Shown piece by piece: positions 26,541 to 38,716 of a stretch of DNA of 64,000 bases. The notes beneath the pieces are model-generated. The model saw only the letters and a list, made by a program, of their open reading frames with translations. It was not told where the DNA came from and searched no databases. The translations under genes and the position numbers were made by a program. This stretch comes from Octopus vulgaris. Taxonomy: Eukaryota. The stretch is from assembly GCA_951406725.2 (NCBI GenBank), contig OX597826.1, forward strand, positions 36,890,001-36,954,000. Reading direction: 5' to 3'. Positions within the stretch are counted from its first letter, which is position 1; every line of letters starts with the position of its first letter.

Positions 26541-28072
26541 GAAGTTTTTGTCGGATGTGTTTGTTTCGCTGCTGGTAAGCATTTTTGCTGTTGCTGAAAA
26601 CGTTGGATTACCATTTGGAATTGTTATTGTTATTTGTTGAACGTTAAAGTTTGTTGTTGAGCATTGTTGAATTATTTCCCGGCTTTACCGAGCAATAACA
26701 AACGGAGAAGGAATTGTTGACCAGTATTTGTTGACCATTGTGGCATTTTATGAACGTTGTTTTGTCAAACTGTGTATAGTCTTTTGGACTAATTTTTGTG
26801 CCCATCCCCCTAACGCGGGTGGGATTTGGAGTTTGTTAGTGAACTGTTGTCCTCTTCAAGAGGAAAATTTTCATTTCCCATTTTTGTCGGAAACTATTTA
26901 ATTTGTGTAATTAACTTGTAAAATTAATTTCAGCCGAAGAATGTCGGTTGAAATTATACATGAGAGGTGTGTTCTGGTAGAGAGCAAGCAAGAAAATGTG
27001 AAAAAGTTTTCGGTGGTTGCCGTGGTGGCAACCGAAAATATCGACATTCCTGTCGATCAGCTGGAAGGTGTATTTAAAAGAATGAAAGTGGAGGGCGATG
27101 ACGTTAAAATATCACCCTATTCCAGTGTGGTCGACACAGAAAACCGGACTGTAGTGTTTAAATCCTTCTGCTCACAAAACAGAAGGTTTCAACACTTCGA
27201 GAAAGAGAAAATTGTAAAATGCCTATTCGCTATATGGAAAGACGTAGCCTATATTGCAAGGGTACGGGCATACAGTACAGTTGAGGTCCGTTTTTCTAGT
27301 GGAAAGGTGGCCCGCGGGCATTCCGTGTGTCCCTTGAAGACAAAGGAAGTGTTACTTCTATCAACATACATGGGAAGGCAGACTTTCCGTGTGAAGGTGA
27401 GAGAAGTACCACCGGAGTGTGATCCGAAGGAGGTGGTGACCGCCTTTTGTTTAACAGGACGGACCGTATAAAATTCTTGCAAATTACATGCTCTGCCCTC
27501 CAGAACTGGGTACCAGCGGAGCATTACAGCAATTGTATAGGAGACGCAGGCAGGAATACCTTCAGGAGGTTTCCGAAAGGGTGGTCGTGGGAGAGAATGT
27601 GGCCCTTAGAGTGCAGGTGGAAGAAAGAAAACCCACCTGCTATGAATGTAGGAAAAAGGGCCTCATTCGCGTGGACTGTGAAACAAGGAAAAAAAGAAAA
27701 GGAAAAGATGAAAAAAATGGCTCAGACACCAGCTCCTTCAGAAAACCCTAAAATTGTCCCCAAACCTGCGCATATACCAGACCCTACACAAGTAAAACTT
27801 ACCACTCCCCCACCAGGTAAGGGAGGTCGCGTTAAGGAGTAAAGGTTCAAACCAGATGGCCGGGTGCCTTTCTTTCAACGCTCCTCATTGTGGAACGCAA
27901 TGACCTACTCAAAATGAAAAATTTTTATTGCATATTTCATCGATTCATTTTTTCATCCAATTGATTTGACATTTTTAAAAGGTAAAAAGATTCTTCACAC
28001 TTTATGTTTGTCTGTCCTTTTTTTGTCCCCTCTCTGGAATGCCTGTATGGCAAATCTATATGAAATATAGAA
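26541..28072 (+). mobile_element. ORF1/gag-only non-autonomous retroelement, copy 2 (apparently full length, frameshifted)
   Basis: 400-nt leader, ATG at 26941, then ...VRFSSGKVARGHSVCPLKTKEVLLLSTYMGRQTFRVKVREVPPE...VQVEERKPTCYECRKKGLIRVDC (knuckle 27638-27679). K-rich and P-rich tail, 3' UTR ending GAAATATAGAA. Flanked by imperfect direct repeats agaagcttgcttccc / agaagcttacttacc. Confidence 0.72.
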
Positions 28073-28443
28073 GCTTACTTACCACCCACGTGATTCCGGG
28101 TTCAGTCCTATTGCGAGACACCTTGGGTAAGTGTCTTATACTATAACCTCAGGCCGACCAAGAAAGAAGCCTGTTGTATATACATATATATATACATGTT
28201 TTTTGTGAGTGTGCTTGTGTGCGTGTCTGTCTGTCTGTCAGTATTTGTCCCCACCACCATCACTTGACAACCGATGTTGGTGTGTTTACGTGTGTTTCGG
28301 TTCCTGTAACAAAAGGGATGGAAACAATAAGTACTAGGCTTACAAAGAATAAGTCCAGGGGGCGATTTCTTCGACTAAAACCCTTTAAAGCGGTGATCCA
28401 GCATGGCCGCAGTCAAATCACCGAAACAATTAAAAGAAAAAAA
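28073..28443 (+). mobile_element. SINE family B copy lacking the first ~25 nt of its head
   Basis: Starts gcttacttaccacccacgtgattccgggttcagtcc and continues to the ...cagcatggccgcagtcaaat...aaaaga tail. Confidence 0.8.
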
Positions 28444-29874
28444 GAATACATATTAGATGTGACATAATATCAGCATAAGAGGTTGTTAGTTGACTCGTGA
28501 GTGCAACTGGTGACACACACACACACGCACACACACACACATGCCACTAATATATGTAAGTATATATGTCTGTATATATGTGATTGTGTATGTATGTATA
28601 TTTTGAAATTCCGTTTAGGCTTAGCAATACGAATAGCCTGGTGTTAGAACTCAATATACATAGGCCTCGGAAAGAAGCGCCAGACGAGTACAACGCTTTG
28701 TAATAATGGCTTCATTCTAACATTGATACAGCTGCAGTAACAAATGCACAAACACTCACATGTACATTTATGCATGTGTGTGTGCGTGCATGTGTGCTTG
28801 CGTATGTGTGTTTGTGTGTGTCTGTGTGCATACGTAGTTTTATTTGTATGCGGGCGGATAAGTGTGTACATATAAGGCTGCGTATGTACACGTTGAAAAC
28901 TTCGTCTTGAAAAAGATTGGAAGAAACATTACATTCTTTAGACAAATATTTTAAAGACAATTTTTGCTGAGAATATAGCCATTGGTTAGTTATATATTAT
29001 ATATAAAAAAAAACTTTCTTACCTGTTTTGTCGCTAACAAACTAGCCTCAGGGCAAACTCAAGTTGAAAGAATATAACATCATTATGTGAGTCTGTATGT
29101 GTGTGGCATTTTGTGTTGTCCATGTGAGTGTGTGTCTTTATGTGCGCTTGCATATATGTGTGTCTCTTTGTGTATGAGTGTGTGTATGTGTGTGTGTGTC
29201 TTTATAATTCTATTTATTTCATTTGATTTCCTTCATAGCCTTTGTTCTTAGCAGTTTTTGTTGAATGTTCATTCTTTTGTATTTGCAGCCTCCAAACGTA
29301 TCAATAAAAAAAACATTACACGAAAACAAGAAAATAACAAACACCGTTGTCCCCAAAATTCCCTTTTATTATACCAAATTCCTCTCTCACAAATGGATTG
29401 TTTCCTGTTTAATTTTGTAACAATAGCCCTAAATAACATGCTTTGAATGAAGCAAAGAAAGAAAGAATAAAAGAATAAGGTAGAAGAAGAAAAATACACA
29501 AAAAACACCTTTTCACAGAAATTATGAAAGCAATGTGATTATACGCTTTTGTATAATTCGTCAGTTATAATACAATATTTCATCATATTGTTGTAACACA
29601 AAAAATATTGATTCTAATAAAACTGATTCTTCATGCAAGTAAATGAAAACTCTTTTTTAATGGAATATAAAACAGAAATGAACTTATGAAAGAAAACAGC
29701 CTAACAGAAATTTTGCAATAAAATAATATAATCAAAGTTGATATGAATCTTTTGAATTGCGCAAGTTCTCATTATTTGGTCAACCAATGTTAATAATGGT
29801 TGCTATCTCTGCATATTTTAACATACAGACTAAAATATCATTTATTTTATTTAAATAAATGAAGATGATGATAA

Positions 29875-30152
29875 CAAACCCAGTTCGAGAAATATGTCAG
29901 AAAAATCGGAATTGACATGAGAGCAGAGATAGCCCCCAAAAATCTGCTCTGCTGGGGACAGAGAGCTAGGATTTTGAGATTGGTACTTGGATGCTGAATA
30001 TCTCACACGTTAGTTAACAACCAAGTATCAATGCTTATAATGTGCGAAAAGAGACACCGTGAGACATCTGACGGCAGGCCGCTGTCCTCTCTCGCAGAAT
30101 CTACCAGAGCAAACAAGGCCGAGCCATGTGAGAAGGAAAATGCTAATAATAA
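29875..30152 (+). mobile_element. RLE retrotransposon 3' fragment (family D3)
   Basis: Decayed QFEKYVRKIGIDMRAEIAP.KSALLGT..RILRLVLGC*, followed by a UTR shared with 1507-1683 and a (TAA) tail. Confidence 0.7.
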
Positions 30153-30235
30153 TGAGAAGAAGAAGAAGATGAAGAACAAGAAGAACAAGAAGAACAAGAA
30201 GAACAAGAACAAGAAGAAGAAGAACAACAACAACA

Positions 30236-30337
30236 ATGGTAATTGCAGTGGTTAAGAGGGAGAGCTACTAACCTCAATATTCTGAGTTCGATTCCAGGCA
30301 GGACCTGGATAATAATAATAATTATAATAATAATAAC

Positions 30338-30394
<57 letters not shown>

Positions 30395-30534
30395 CATAAT
30401 ATCGAAAAATACCTTAGGAATGAGAACCCAGGTTCGAAATTTCCCCAAGACTCCTGATGAAGGCTGTAGAGTATATCAGACGAAACGTTGTGTTAACAGC
30501 AAACAAGATGAGGACAATGTAAATGTAAATAATG
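30236..30534 (+). mobile_element. tRNA-headed short element with internal (TAA)n and a hammerhead-like motif
   Basis: A-box-like TTGCAGTGGTT, anticodon-like loop CTACTAA and B-box GAGTTCGATTCC (30284-30295). Then (TAA)n, a second B-box-like GGTTCGAAAT and a CTGATGA...GAAAC core. Confidence 0.6.
30449..30494 (+). ncRNA. Minimal type I hammerhead ribozyme-like motif (degenerate)
   Basis: Stem I GACTC/GTGTT (1 mismatch), CTGATGA at 30454-30460, stem II GGCTG/CAGAC (1 mismatch), GAAAC at 30482-30486, then GTT. Stem III is reduced to the palindrome AACGTT. Confidence 0.55.
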
Positions 30535-30535
30535 A

Positions 30536-30697
30536 AAGATAGAACACCTACAAAATGTCAAAATTGCTTGGAACTACAAGAATTCTTAGTAAGGTTCTTG
30601 AAGCATGACCAGTAAACAAGTGTCACCTTAGTCTGCTGTATGTGAACAGCTGAAACTTTCCATAATACCCAGCAAAATAAGCTGAGAGTTTTCATTA

Positions 30698-30700
<3 letters not shown>
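30536..30700 (+). mobile_element. RLE retrotransposon 3' fragment (family D2-like)
   Basis: IEHLQ..KLLGTTRILSKVLEA*, then a UTR with accttag...gtgaacagctga shared with 47996-48040. Followed by (TAA)n. Confidence 0.7.
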
Positions 30701-30788
<88 letters not shown>

Positions 30789-31548
30789 TTAATAATAATA
30801 ATAATAATAATAATAATCCTTTCTAATATGGGTACAAGGCCTGAAATTTGTAGAAGCGAGGAAGTCGATTACATCGACACCAGCGCATTCTTAAGTTTGC
30901 GCATGCCATGTACAATTCGTAAATTAATAAACTGAAAAACCAGAGCTTTGGCGATGTCCATCTCTATGTAAAAACACTTGGCGTTTTCCGTGACCTTTGA
31001 CACTAAAATGAACATCATTTGGCATCGTTTTGCTGTAAAATGTTTAAATATCTCTATATCTAGTGCTGTTAAGTGTTCATATTTTAGTGCTTGCCAACCA
31101 TCTGCACCTTTGCCTCTCTCAATCCATCAAAAATTGCATTAGCTGGTCCTGTGGCTTTCTAAAACCATGAATTGTTAAGGAACTTATGTTTTATTCACAC
31201 ATTATAACGTTACAATTTTCACCTCTCTGCAAATTTTGCATTATTTAAGATTTTTGGTCAAGTTGAAGTTCCATGCGCGCTTTTCACACCTTTCCACACT
31301 TCGTTTGTTAGTACTGGATGCCATTTTTACTAACAGACGGACAACGTGCAAGTAGAAGTAGATTCATCACACTTAAGAATTGCCTAATGTTCTTTGTATA
31401 TTTGCTGTAAACAATGGCAGAGTGGTGGCAATGGCCAGTGTCGGGAGCGGAGCAACGAAAAATATGAATTGGGAGGGCTCAGTACAAGTCAGTCGACAAC
31501 CATTTAGTTGTAACGAACTGTATATCGAATAAAATGACAAAGTATACT

Positions 31549-31553
31549 ATCTC

Positions 31554-31647
<94 letters not shown>

Positions 31648-31650
31648 AAT

Positions 31651-31693
<43 letters not shown>

Positions 31694-31852
31694 CTCTCTA
31701 TATATACACAAACACACACACACAAACACACACACATACATATATATATAAATATATATCAATATATGTATCACTATATCTATATATATATATATATGTA
31801 TCTATTTATCTATTTATTTATTTCTCTATCATCTATCTGTTTATATATATAT
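31549..31852 (+). repeat. (TATC)n, (CA)n and (TA)n compound microsatellite
   Basis: Direct inspection. Confidence 0.95.
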
Positions 31853-32476
31853 CTTATGTCGAACGACTTCTATTGCGTGTGGGACGAGTCTGTTTATCAA
31901 CCGAGTCTATCGTGAATATTATCGCGCCTCTTTTCTTGAAACGGGAAGGGAAAGCCGTTTTCATCGTACTTGTGAATATGGCGAAAGAATGTGTATGGTG
32001 GACGCGTCTGAAAGGTCTAGAAACAAACACTTTACTCTCTGGTAAATCTCACATCAGAGAAAGGTGAGAGTAGATAGGGAAGGTTTGTCTAGTGTATGTT
32101 TCAAAAATAGATGGGTGAATGCAGCAAGGATGGCACGTGTGAATGACGGAGCCACATTGAGCATAATCGTATGAACCAGAAAAAGAAAGGGAAAAAGAGT
32201 CACTGTAATGTGTTTTTGCATGACATTATTGCCCGAGGTTACCGTGGTCTTTTCCGTGGGCTTTTCTTTCAACGAATAAACCCAGTCTGCTTCCCATTTC
32301 ACACTATGACATTTCTGTGGTACACGATCCCTATTGATTGGCTTCCCCCCTTTTTTCGCGATCCCTTTTGATCGAAATTCTACCGCTCTTTATTTTCTTC
32401 CTTCCTTCCCAAAAACAAATGCTCGACTTCGTATTTTGTCCCCCTGTGTTCAGCCCTGCGTGGCCAATAAAGAAAT
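31853..32476 (+). mobile_element. Tx1/L1-like LINE, ORF2 C-terminus and 3' UTR
   Basis: YVERLLLRVGRV...VFIVLVNMAKECVWWTRLKG...RKVRVDRE...FKNRWVNAARM* fits the AKxxIWxxR...FxxxW end of Tx1/L1 ORF2. Pyrimidine-rich UTR ends AATAAAGAA. (TATC)n on both sides. Confidence 0.65.
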
Positions 32477-32759
32477 CTATCTATCTATTTATTTATTTAT
32501 CTATCTATTTATCCATCTATTTATTTATCTATCTATTTATCTATATCTTCATCTATCTATCTATCTATTTATTTATCTATCTATATATTTATCTATTTAT
32601 TTATCTATCTATATATTTATCTATTCTATTTATCTATCTATTTAGCTATCAATCTTTCTATTTATGTATTTATCTATCTATCTGTCTGTCTATCTATATA
32701 TTTATATGTCTGTCTGTCTGTTTATCTATCTATGTGTGTGTGTGTATACATGATGATGT

Positions 32760-33660
32760 GTATTGAGGTAAACAGTGGCTGCGCGTATAGTGGTATGTGT
32801 GGTGACGCTATTGAAGATTTGCGTGTATGTGTGGGTGATGGTGTGGTGTGGGTGCTGAGAAATGTTCGGTGCTAGTGTATGTGAAGTGGGAAGGTATTTT
32901 GTGGGTGTGAGTGTAATGGTGTGTGAAGTGAGTAATGAGTTGAAAAATGTGTATGGGTATTTGTATAGTGGTGTGTATGTGGTGAGGGTACCAATGTAAG
33001 CGGTATGCAGGTGTGTAGATGGAGGGGGCAGATGAATGTGGAAGGTATATGAGAATTGGTGTGGGTTGGTGTCAGTTGAAGAACGGTAGTGAGTTGAGCT
33101 CATATGGCGAAAAGGAACGAAGAAATTCCTGTTCAGGGCGAAGGTGGGAGTCCTGGTGGCCCCTGCACAGCGACAGTTCGAATATAGACTGATGTTGTAG
33201 CGAATGGCAGGGAGAGTGGATGTGGGGCGAGACCAGGGTGGCATTGCCGCGTCTGACGTTTCGGAGGTACTCCGCGAACCGGTCGGCCAAGCGGTGTCCC
33301 CTTTGACCAATATACAGGGATGGACTGAGAGAGCATGAGATATAGTAAGTGACTTTACTAGAGATGCAGGTAAAGAAATCAGTGACGTGATAAGGACGGT
33401 GATGGGTGCCAGTAAAGATGGTGGTGTTGGAGAGGTAGAGACAGGTGCGACAACGAGTGAGAGCAGGGGAAGGAGCCAGGCTGTGAGGCAGTGGTAGGAA
33501 AGACTGGAAAAGGCGGTCATGCTTATTATAGGATCGTTGGAAGGAGGGAAGAGGTAGGAAGATGTGCGAGGTGTAGGACTCTGACTGGTGTCGCCGGAAG
33601 GCTCGGAGAGTGGTGCGTTGGAGGGCAGAGTGGGGTGTGGTAGGGGAGGGGTGGTTCCGT
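32760..33660 (-). mobile_element. Penelope-like element fragment (Cys-rich linker and GIY-YIG endonuclease)
   Basis: RCRTCLYLSNTTIFTG...VTDFFTCISSKVTYYISCSLSPSLYIGQRGHRLADRFAEYLRNVR...VSPHIH...RPEQEFL...PYELN matches the PLE GIY-YIG domain (VIY..C..C...YIGxT.R.L..R..EH...E...LN). Followed by a CA-rich 3' region. Confidence 0.85.
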
Positions 33661-33667
33661 CTGTGAC

Positions 33668-33755
33668 GCATTGGGTAAGTGCTTTCTATCATACCACTGG
33701 GCCAGCAAATACCGTATGACTGAATTTGGTAAAGGGAAATTGCACGGGTGCCCAT

Positions 33756-33760
<5 letters not shown>
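33668..33760 (+). mobile_element. Decayed central fragment of SINE family B
   Basis: tgggtaagtgctttcta...gggccagcaaataccgtatgactgaatttggtaaagggaaattg aligns with 57475-57560. Confidence 0.55.
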
Positions 33761-33797
<37 letters not shown>

Positions 33798-34222
33798 TAT
33801 ATGTATATGTGTGTGTGTGTTTGCATGTACGTATCCATTACGTATATATGAATCTATCTATCAATATATTTTTTCTATCTCTCTCACTCTCTTTCTCTCT
33901 CCCTCTGTATATATATATATGTATATAATCATACACATATATGTGTATATATACATATATTTATGTAAGTATGTATATATGTATATATATATGTGTGTAT
34001 ATTTCTGTGCATGTGTGTGTGTGTGTGTTGAGGGTGAAACCTCGGGTACGCGCTTGTGTTTATAAAAGTATGTCTGTGTGTGTACTTCTGACTAAATATG
34101 TATATTTCAAAATACCATCACCGGTGTGCTAAAATATACATTTCAAATGCGTACAATGACCATTCTAATGGTTTTGCACTTAAAACCATAAACAAACATA
34201 GACACACACACTCACGCACATA

Positions 34223-34283
<61 letters not shown>

Positions 34284-34557
34284 AAACACACTCACACACG
34301 CATACACACAGGTACTTAAAAAAATATAGGGACGAATTATTCCTGCTGGCAAGACCATTTGTACATACATTTGGCATCCCATTATGTTCTTGAAAAATAT
34401 ACTAAACTCCTTCCGCAATTTTTCGCACGCCATGTTGAGAATAAGCCTTAGGACGATGTCAGTCGACAGGAAAAAGAAAGCAGAAAAAATGTGTGTTGAT
34501 GATAAAAGAGACTTCAGTTCTTGTCGGAAACGTACCTTTCTATATATAGATTGACAT

Positions 34558-34631
<74 letters not shown>

Positions 34632-34654
34632 ACACATATACATACATACATATA

Positions 34655-34689
<35 letters not shown>

Positions 34690-34991
34690 GGATAGATAGA
34701 TAGATACATACATACATACCTACATAGATATACATGTATTCATATATATATATGCATATAAAAAATTAAACTATCGATGCAATACAATAGTATCACTTTC
34801 AAGCCAGTATACATTTCAGTGTAGCTTAACATAACAAGGTATCGATATCGACTGCTATTTCCAGAAAATATTGGTCCCTTGTTGTACAACTATTTCCTAC
34901 TTATAAATACATACAAACATACATACATATATGCCTTCGTCTTTTGTTTATTTTCGTAAAGTTTCCCTTTAGATATGTAAGAGATAGATTG

Positions 34992-35066
<75 letters not shown>

Positions 35067-35192
35067 CTTATATATAGATATATATATATATGTATATATA
35101 TATATAGATATGTTTATATATGTATATATATATATATATATACTTATATATATATGCATATATATATGTATACATATATATGCATACATATA

Positions 35193-35240
<48 letters not shown>

Positions 35241-35551
35241 GAAATTTGGATTTTCTCTTCCTCTCTTTTACTCTATCGCGTTCCATTTATACATCTTCCT
35301 GTCGCCCTCTCACTCTTTCTTCTCCTCCTCTTTATTACCTATACCAATATTAAACCTTTCTCTGCCTATTCTTTGTCTTTCTCTTTGCCTCACCACAGTC
35401 TATGTGTTACTTCTTGCCTTCTTTTTATGACACACTCTCTCACCCTTCATCTATCTCTCCCTACATCTTTTCTCCCTCTCTCGCTCTTTATTTATCATAG
35501 CTATCTATCGACATATCTATCAGTCTATCAATCTCACCTTCTATCTCTCTC

Positions 35552-35609
<58 letters not shown>

Positions 35610-36158
35610 CCCCTTTCCCGTTTCGATCCAATAAACATATCGTGTCCTCATTTGTGTCGGTTGTCTTCTCTTTCCTTCTCATCTGTTTTCGGGTTTTTTT
35701 CTAACCACTGAATTTCTCTATCATTTTTATTTTGTTATTTTTCGAAAATTTACATACATTTGTATATATGTATGAATGTAAGCATGTAGGTATGCTATGC
35801 GAGTACACACACATACACACACACACACACATATATATGTATACATATATTTATGTGTATGTCTAGTATGTATTACGTGAGATTATTATCCTTTCACTGT
35901 GTACTTTTTTTCTCTGTGGTGCCTTGTAATGTATTTCATTTTCTAGTTTTCTTTTGTAATTATTTTCATTGCATTTGAAACTTATAGCTGCAAGGAAGAA
36001 GTTCACATAAGTACACACAGAGTAAACTTTCTACGATTTATCTGTTCTGGCGGACTCCTTCCACGCTGCCATACGCGTAGAACATTGATGGTGAATGCAG
36101 CAAGACCCCACACGTGCTTGCAAACGTTTGTATGTTTATGTGCGTGTATGTGTGTGTA

Positions 36159-36345
<187 letters not shown>

Positions 36346-37199
36346 ATACATCTATAGGAAGCTGAATGTGATTGATATTCAGTTTGAATGTCTGCAGGTA
36401 GCTGCCTGAGGGGTAAATTTCAACACCAGCTGGAATTCCAGAAAGATATTTAGGTACATACAGTTAAACAATTGGTATTAAATCGTTCTGAAAGTGATAA
36501 GATACAGCAGCGAGGAAGAAGATTCTGTAGGTTAGCCAATGTAGAAACACTATTCAACACGGTGTCTTTAAAAAAGCAGAAGCTATTTTAGCATTGACCG
36601 ATAAAGATTAAAAATGTCGAGTATTTGGTAATAAATACCTCCTATCATGTGGATTACCATTTTGTGTAAGTCTGCTAAACAGTCGATATAAGGGCAGAAT
36701 TCTAATATGAGTTGCACGTAGGGCATGCAGATGAATCATAAGTAATCAGGTAGACGTATTCTTTAAGCTTGCATGCATACATTTTGTTTAATGGATAGCT
36801 AAATTCACAGCAATGGTTTTTTCCTTAATTAGCACTTACTGTTTGATCTCTATATTTAAAATGTTCCAATCATATTGAATATTTTTCTTTCCACGAAACA
36901 GCACATCCAGCACATGTCTCCACAATACCGAACCCTTCATTTTATAAGTTTAATAGTTTCTGTACATCCAGCTTTGAAACATATTCGTTGTGTTTTTGTC
37001 TTTTTTTTTTTTTGTTTTTATTTTTTTTTAATGGTAAACAGTTACAGAATACGTGTTTAAATCAGCCCTACATCATAACTGTGAAACGTTTTAAGCCGCA
37101 CTGCTTGAATCAACGTGGTTGGGGTAACATTTCTCTATTTACGGCAGAGCGGATGCTGCCTGTCTGCTCTAAAGAACAGTGATATTTCTTTCTTCATGA

Positions 37200-37600
37200 A
37201 TATTCTGAGACTAGCATGGCTTAGGTTCTTGTAAGTGCTATATTGAGAGCGCAGGAATAGTTGACTGTCATAGAACGCCTGTTAAGGATGATATTAAGAC
37301 TGTGTTAATGCAGGAAATATTTGTCTAGGATGGCCAACATTATCCTTTCTACATTAGATTTAATATTACATGATGAAATGTATGAGAACCAAAAAATCTT
37401 TGGGAAAATTTCTAATTCTTTTGATTTAGAATAGGAAATCCCTTCCTTCATCAGATTTTTTTTTCTTAGTGAAAAAGTGGAAGGGCAACTTATTAAAGAT
37501 GCTTTATACGTTGATGTCATCTTATTAGATAACATGATATATGTCTGCATTTAGTTTACTCATGTGAACATGTTCTCTGTGATCCTGCCGATGAACGATG
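37200..37600 (-). mobile_element. Old Penelope-like element fragment (region after RT)
   Basis: KIFWFSYISSCNIKSNVERIMLAILDKYFLH*HSLNIILNRRSMTVNYSCALNI resembles the recalled PLE motif IIWFNPP.S.NVKTNIG..FL.LIDKHFP..H.L.KIFNRNTVKVSYSC..N. Confidence 0.55.
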
Positions 37601-38444
37601 TTTAGCAACGTCTTTCACCGATACATGTCAAGAAACTTCTGTATGGGTTTGCAAAGGAATCCTGTTATCATTATACGAATATTTCTTCTAAGGCACCCAT
37701 ATTATCGGCTATTTCTAAGGCCAAACCTCAAGAGTTATTATACGTTCTGTATTGTGTTATAGCCAAAGTTCAACACATCCATCAATCGAACCCTCCAAGG
37801 ACAGAAAGACTTCAATGGGATTTGAACTAAGAGCATAAAGAACCATAAAGAATACCAGAAAACACATAGTTCACAGCTTTAAGATTTCTACAAATTCGAT
37901 GCCTTGGAAGATTTATATCGGGAAAATATGGTTATATTTCTCGCAGGTAAGTGATGATACACAAAAACCACAGATTCACATATATTGCGCATCACCTTTC
38001 TTACAATATTTGTTCTTTTTCAGTTGAACAGAATAGAAAATGATTCTTAGATAACGAAAGAAACGGTAAATGTAAACTGACAAATAATTGGCAGTTAGAA
38101 CTGTCCCTGAGTGATAATGTTCTGTATATTTCAACAACTTGATTTCTTTTTTATTCTTCATCAAAACAAAAACATACTAACGTACAGAGAGAGGGAGTGG
38201 AGAGAGAGAGAACAGATAGGGAGAGAGAAAGGTAAAGAGAGAATGAGCGAGGGAGAGGAATCTTTGATTGAGAGGAAGAAAACTGAATATACTTGGAGAA
38301 ACAAGAAATGAGAAAAAGTGATAAATAAGAAAACGATGCATTTTAACAAAATAAAGATGAAATTCTCTTGATATAATTGCATCGATACAGTATATATATA
38401 TACATACATACATACATACATACATACATACATACATACATACG

Positions 38445-38598
<154 letters not shown>

Positions 38599-38659
38599 TG
38601 CGTATGTGTGAATACACATGCATTTATATTCATATGTAATTATACTGAAATTATCTACT

Positions 38660-38716
<57 letters not shown>

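Noticed and set aside
30236-30305. Functional tRNA gene
   Set aside because: Acceptor and T stems do not pair well and the sequence continues into a repeat body; treated as a tRNA-derived head.
32726-33520. 264-aa S/T/P/H-rich ORF as a host gene
   Set aside because: It is an alternative frame of the Penelope-like fragment and its CA-rich 3' region.
34030-34060. Helitron 3' end (gagg-gtgaaa-cctc hairpin then cttg)
   Set aside because: The stem is short and the terminal CTRR is not intact; too weak to call.
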